From an uncultured virus (IMG/VR IMGVR_UViG_3300020451_000536) (Duplodnaviria; Heunggongvirae; Uroviricota; Caudoviricetes), in IMG/VR virus record IMGVR_UViG_3300020451_000536: a stretch of 20,000 nucleotides of DNA; one strand, written 5' to 3'. The notes beneath the pieces are model-generated. The model saw nothing but the letters and a program-made list of their open reading frames with translations. It did no database searches and had not been told where the DNA came from. The position numbers and the translations under genes are program-made. Position 1 is the first letter of the stretch, and every line of letters starts with the position of its first letter. Below are positions 17,371 through 20,000 of the stretch, piece by piece.

Positions 17371-17757
17371 CTAAAGTATAACAACATCTCCCTCTATTGT
17401 CAATGTATTACCAGAAGTAACCGTAAGAGGCCCTACTGCTACTGCATTGACTCCTTGAGGAATTGTAAGTGTTTCATTTAAAAATTTAGTGTTTGCTCTA
17501 AACTGTGCTGATTGTCCAAAAGTTTGGGGAATGGCATTTGCATCTAGGACATCATTATATTGAACTTTATCACCAGCATTAGAACTAGAATTGTCTGTTC
17601 CATCAAGAATTAAATTATCACCAGCATTTGAACCTCCACCATCTGTTCCGTCAAGTATGACATTTACAGATGCACCGAGACTAACTGACGCATTAATCTT
17701 TGCAGTTGTGATGGCACCGTCTGCGATACCATCAGTTGGAAGTTGAAAGACAGCCAT
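17371..17757 (-). CDS. Short fibre/adaptor-like protein (128 aa)
   Basis: It has an 'IADGAITTAKI' repeat, two LDGTD..SNAGD repeats, and the C-terminal motif 'TLTIPQGVNAVAVGPLTVTSGNTLTIEGDVVIL'. Confidence 0.75.
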   Translation of the reverse strand: MAVFQLPTDGIADGAITTAKINASVSLGASVNVILDGTDGGGSNAGDNLILDGTDNSSSNAGDKVQYNDVLDANAIPQTFGQSAQFRANTKFLNETLTIPQGVNAVAVGPLTVTSGNTLTIEGDVVIL

Positions 17758-17765
17758 AATTTATC

Positions 17766-18677
17766 CTATGATATGGTTGCACCGTTTACTGAAACTACAT
17801 TCCAGTTTGAACCGTTGTAAATTAATACTACACTTTCACCAATCGCATTAAATAAAATACTTGTTGAAACATTGGTGGAATTTAAGTTACCATTTGATTG
17901 TGTCATTGTTGCATTGTTACCAGCAACAGTCATAATGATTATTTTTCTTTGACCAACAAAACGACCAGCAGAAAGAGTTAGTGATGCAGTACCACTAGCT
18001 GTATTTAAAAGTGATACTTCAACATCATCATCTAGTGCATTAGAGCCACCAGCACCAGTTATGGTTTCAGTTGATGAACCTTGAAGTGTTGATGTTTTGT
18101 TTGGTAAAGTAACTGTGACATTACCAGAGTACACAGCGTGAGCTGGAGATTCTATTGCAACATAGTGTGCATTTGAACTCTCACAATATAATCTCACTTG
18201 TGATTTTGAACCACTATTCTTTACATCAATAACACCAGTTGTAAAAATAATATCATCATCACCATTTATTTTAAAGTGAATAGTATCATCTGTGTCAGCA
18301 GTGATAGATGTATCAGCATCTGCATCTAAAACTAATTCTTTACCATTAAGGTCAAGTTTAGTTGCAGTCATCTGAAATATATCAGCACCACCTATTTTGA
18401 AATCTATTGTATCATCTGAATCAGCAGTTATTGAAGTATCTGCATCAACATCTAATATTAGTTCAGAACCATTAAGGTCTAAACTTGTAGCGATTACTGG
18501 GGCTGTTAATGTAACTACGGTTGCAGTTGAACTCATCCCAGAAGTTAAAGCAGAACCAGTACCTAATAATGTGTACAGTTCTACAAAGTTATCGTTTACC
18601 TTGTCACCTCCAGCTCTGAGGGTATCGCCTGTCCCATCATTCGCTGAACTTCCAAGTCCGATAGATTGATATGCCAT
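17766..18677 (-). CDS. Baseplate/tail-fibre connector with T4 gp9/gp10-type N-terminal domain (303 aa)
   Basis: The N-terminus 'MAYQSIGLGSSANDGTGDTLRAGGDKVNDNFVELY' matches the gp9/gp10 N-terminal motif (G...DGTGD.LR.GG.K.N.NF.ELY). An AGGAGA RBS lies 7 nt upstream of the ATG. Confidence 0.85.
   Translation of the reverse strand: MAYQSIGLGSSANDGTGDTLRAGGDKVNDNFVELYTLLGTGSALTSGMSSTATVVTLTAPVIATSLDLNGSELILDVDADTSITADSDDTIDFKIGGADIFQMTATKLDLNGKELVLDADADTSITADTDDTIHFKINGDDDIIFTTGVIDVKNSGSKSQVRLYCESSNAHYVAIESPAHAVYSGNVTVTLPNKTSTLQGSSTETITGAGGSNALDDDVEVSLLNTASGTASLTLSAGRFVGQRKIIIMTVAGNNATMTQSNGNLNSTNVSTSILFNAIGESVVLIYNGSNWNVVSVNGATIS
18231..18482 (-). repeat. Two-copy 126-nt (42-aa) tandem repeat inside the gp9/gp10-like gene
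   Basis: The copies are LDLNGSELILDVDADTSITADSDDTIDFKIGG and LDLNGKELVLDADADTSITADTDDTIHFKING. The sequence 'cattaaggtc' recurs at 18344 and 18470. Confidence 0.85.
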
Positions 18678-18702
18678 TCCTATATCTCCTATTTTCTACT
18701 TT

Positions 18703-18710
18703 TATTTATA
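18703..18710 (-). promoter_or_regulatory. T4-type late promoter (TATAAATA)
   Basis: This is a perfect match to the T4 gp55-dependent late consensus on the minus strand. It lies in the gap between the gp7-like stop and the AGGAGA RBS of the next gene. Confidence 0.8.
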
Positions 18711-18714
18711 AAGG

Positions 18715-20000
18715 TTAAGTTGCAGTATTATCAAAAGTTAATCCCATATCTGATAATGTTGCATCAAATCTAAATACACTTGCATCAAATGTAGTTGTTA
18801 TGTTTGCAGTTTGTGAAACACTAAAGTCTGCATCAAATCTTGCATAATCACCACCTAGTGTATCATCAAATTTGTATAGTGTTTGTGAGAAGTCTAGTGG
18901 ATTAGTTAATCCAGCAAAACCTACATCAAACTTAACACTATTTGAGTCAAATGTTTTATGTGTCTCAGAGAAGTCTAAGAAGTCTTGACCCAATGTATCT
19001 ATTGTCTTACCACCAGCATTATCTTCATCAAATGTTTGTCTAATATCATCAAATGTTCTGAAGTCCATATCAAATGTTTGGAACATTCCAGTTTTAGTAA
19101 TTCTTAACTCACCTCTTGGTGGTACATTAATTCTTGTAGTAAATGCAGATGGTGGAATAAAGTTTCTACTTTCATCAAAGAACCTTGTCGTGGAATCAAA
19201 GTTCTCTTCATCAGTATCACTAAATCCACCAGTAACAGATACTTCATTTATTTTAACATCTTTAAATTGGTCAATGGTAAAGTATGTATCTACATTTTCA
19301 TCATCACTTAAAAATCCCTCTTGCATAAATCCATATTTCGCAAGGTTAACTAAGAAAGGTGAAAAAGATGATGATGTTGCACCACCCATAGTAATAGAAA
19401 CAGAACTTGATAATGTTACCTCTCTTTTACCAGATGGTAATAATGTTCCACCACCACTTGTATTTTCTTGATAACCAATAGCTGGATTTGGATTTAAAGT
19501 TGTTCCGTCACTTGTTGTTCCTAATCTACGACCAAATACAGTTGTGAATAGAGTTGTAAGTGTAGATGCAAGTTCTGGAGTAAATGTTTCGGTATCACCC
19601 ACATATCCAGAAATTTCAGAACCAGTAGGTATTGTAAGTTTTGCATTGACTAATGATGCAATAGTAACTTGTCCGAATACTGCAAATCCAGCAGGGTGTG
19701 TTGCAGTTCTAATACTATCACGCCACTCATTAATTGATTCACCTATTTTTACAACATATGAAAAATCTTGATAGTAATATGAATCTTGGATTCTCATAGT
19801 ATCTTCAGATACAAATCCTTTTGAACCTATGAAGTTACCAGTTGTTCTACCAGTTGCACCAGTTGTTAGTTCACCATCAGCAGTCAAACATTGAACTACT
19901 ATTGCACTTGCAGTACCAGTTGTAATTAAATCGCCCTCTTCTGGTGTATGTAATGAGTTTATTTTTACAGTTTGTTTTCCACTATCAAAAGATACAACCG
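18715..20000 (-). CDS. gp7: Baseplate wedge initiator, T4 gp7-like, C-terminal part (true start is outside the window)
   Basis: It contains the hallmark 'RIQDSYYYQDFSYVVKIGESINEWRDSIRTATHPAGFAVFG'. The frame stays open upstream of the TTG at 19887 to the window end (...VVSFDSGKQTVKINSLHTPEEGDLITTGTASAIVVQCLTADG). Confidence 0.8.
   Translation of the reverse strand, partial: VVSFDSGKQTVKINSLHTPEEGDLITTGTASAIVVQCLTADGELTTGATGRTTGNFIGSKGFVSEDTMRIQDSYYYQDFSYVVKIGESINEWRDSIRTATHPAGFAVFGQVTIASLVNAKLTIPTGSEISGYVGDTETFTPELASTLTTLFTTVFGRRLGTTSDGTTLNPNPAIGYQENTSGGGTLLPSGKREVTLSSSVSITMGGATSSSFSPFLVNLAKYGFMQEGFLSDDENVDTYFTIDQFKDVKINEVSVTGGFSDTDEENFDSTTRFFDESRNFIPPSAFTTRINVPPRGELRITKTGMFQTFDMDFRTFDDIRQTFDEDNAGGKTIDTLGQDFLDFSETHKTFDSNSVKFDVGFAGLTNPLDFSQTLYKFDDTLGGDYARFDADFSVSQTANITTTFDASVFRFDATLSDMGLTFDNTAT

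Noticed and set aside
9413..18677. Diversity-generating retroelement or invertase shufflon acting on the fibre cassettes
   Set aside because: I saw no reverse transcriptase, no recombinase, no template/variable repeat pair differing only at adenines and no inverted cassettes. All genes are co-oriented. An enzyme elsewhere in the genome cannot be excluded.
67..19771. All plus-strand ORFs in the track (e.g. 67..306, 5369..5866, 13288..13536, 18397..18669, 19190..19471)
   Set aside because: They lie antisense to long, motif-bearing minus-strand genes. Their Pro/Val/Ser-rich translations are what reverse-complementing Gly/Thr/Asp codons produces, and they show no recognisable families.
19885..19887. 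TTG at 19887 as the start of the gp7-like gene
   Set aside because: The frame is open to the window end, so the gene is 5'-truncated here.
520..20000. Genome-wide TAG recoding (alternative genetic code)
   Set aside because: Long genes, including the 2447-aa ORF, are intact under the standard code. TAG occurs only at plausible gene ends, once directly followed by TAA.

Overview
AT-rich window from the late (virion structural) region of a T4-like myovirus. Its protein families resemble those of marine T4-like cyanophages and pelagiphages; the host is not determinable from this window. All credible genes lie on the minus strand and are tightly packed. In transcription order (20000->1) they are: the 3' part of a gp7-like baseplate wedge gene; a gp9/gp10-type N-terminus protein; a ~9.3 kb island of short tail-fibre/receptor-binding-like genes and their chaperones; gp8 baseplate wedge; a 2447-aa VrlC/DUF4815-like virion protein; a conserved 76-aa protein; and a truncated fibre-like gene. 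Two genes are missing from the ORF track (10733..10900 and <1..293), and T4-type late promoter motifs are present. The most interesting structure is the island between gp7 and gp8. It looks like a modular adsorption toolkit: three different head domains share an MGTL(K/T)V(D/N)N leader that is also conserved at DNA level, two glycine-rich paralogs have conserved ends and divergent cores, three chaperones are present, and short motifs recur across its genes. All family assignments come from recognising motifs by eye, not from database searches.
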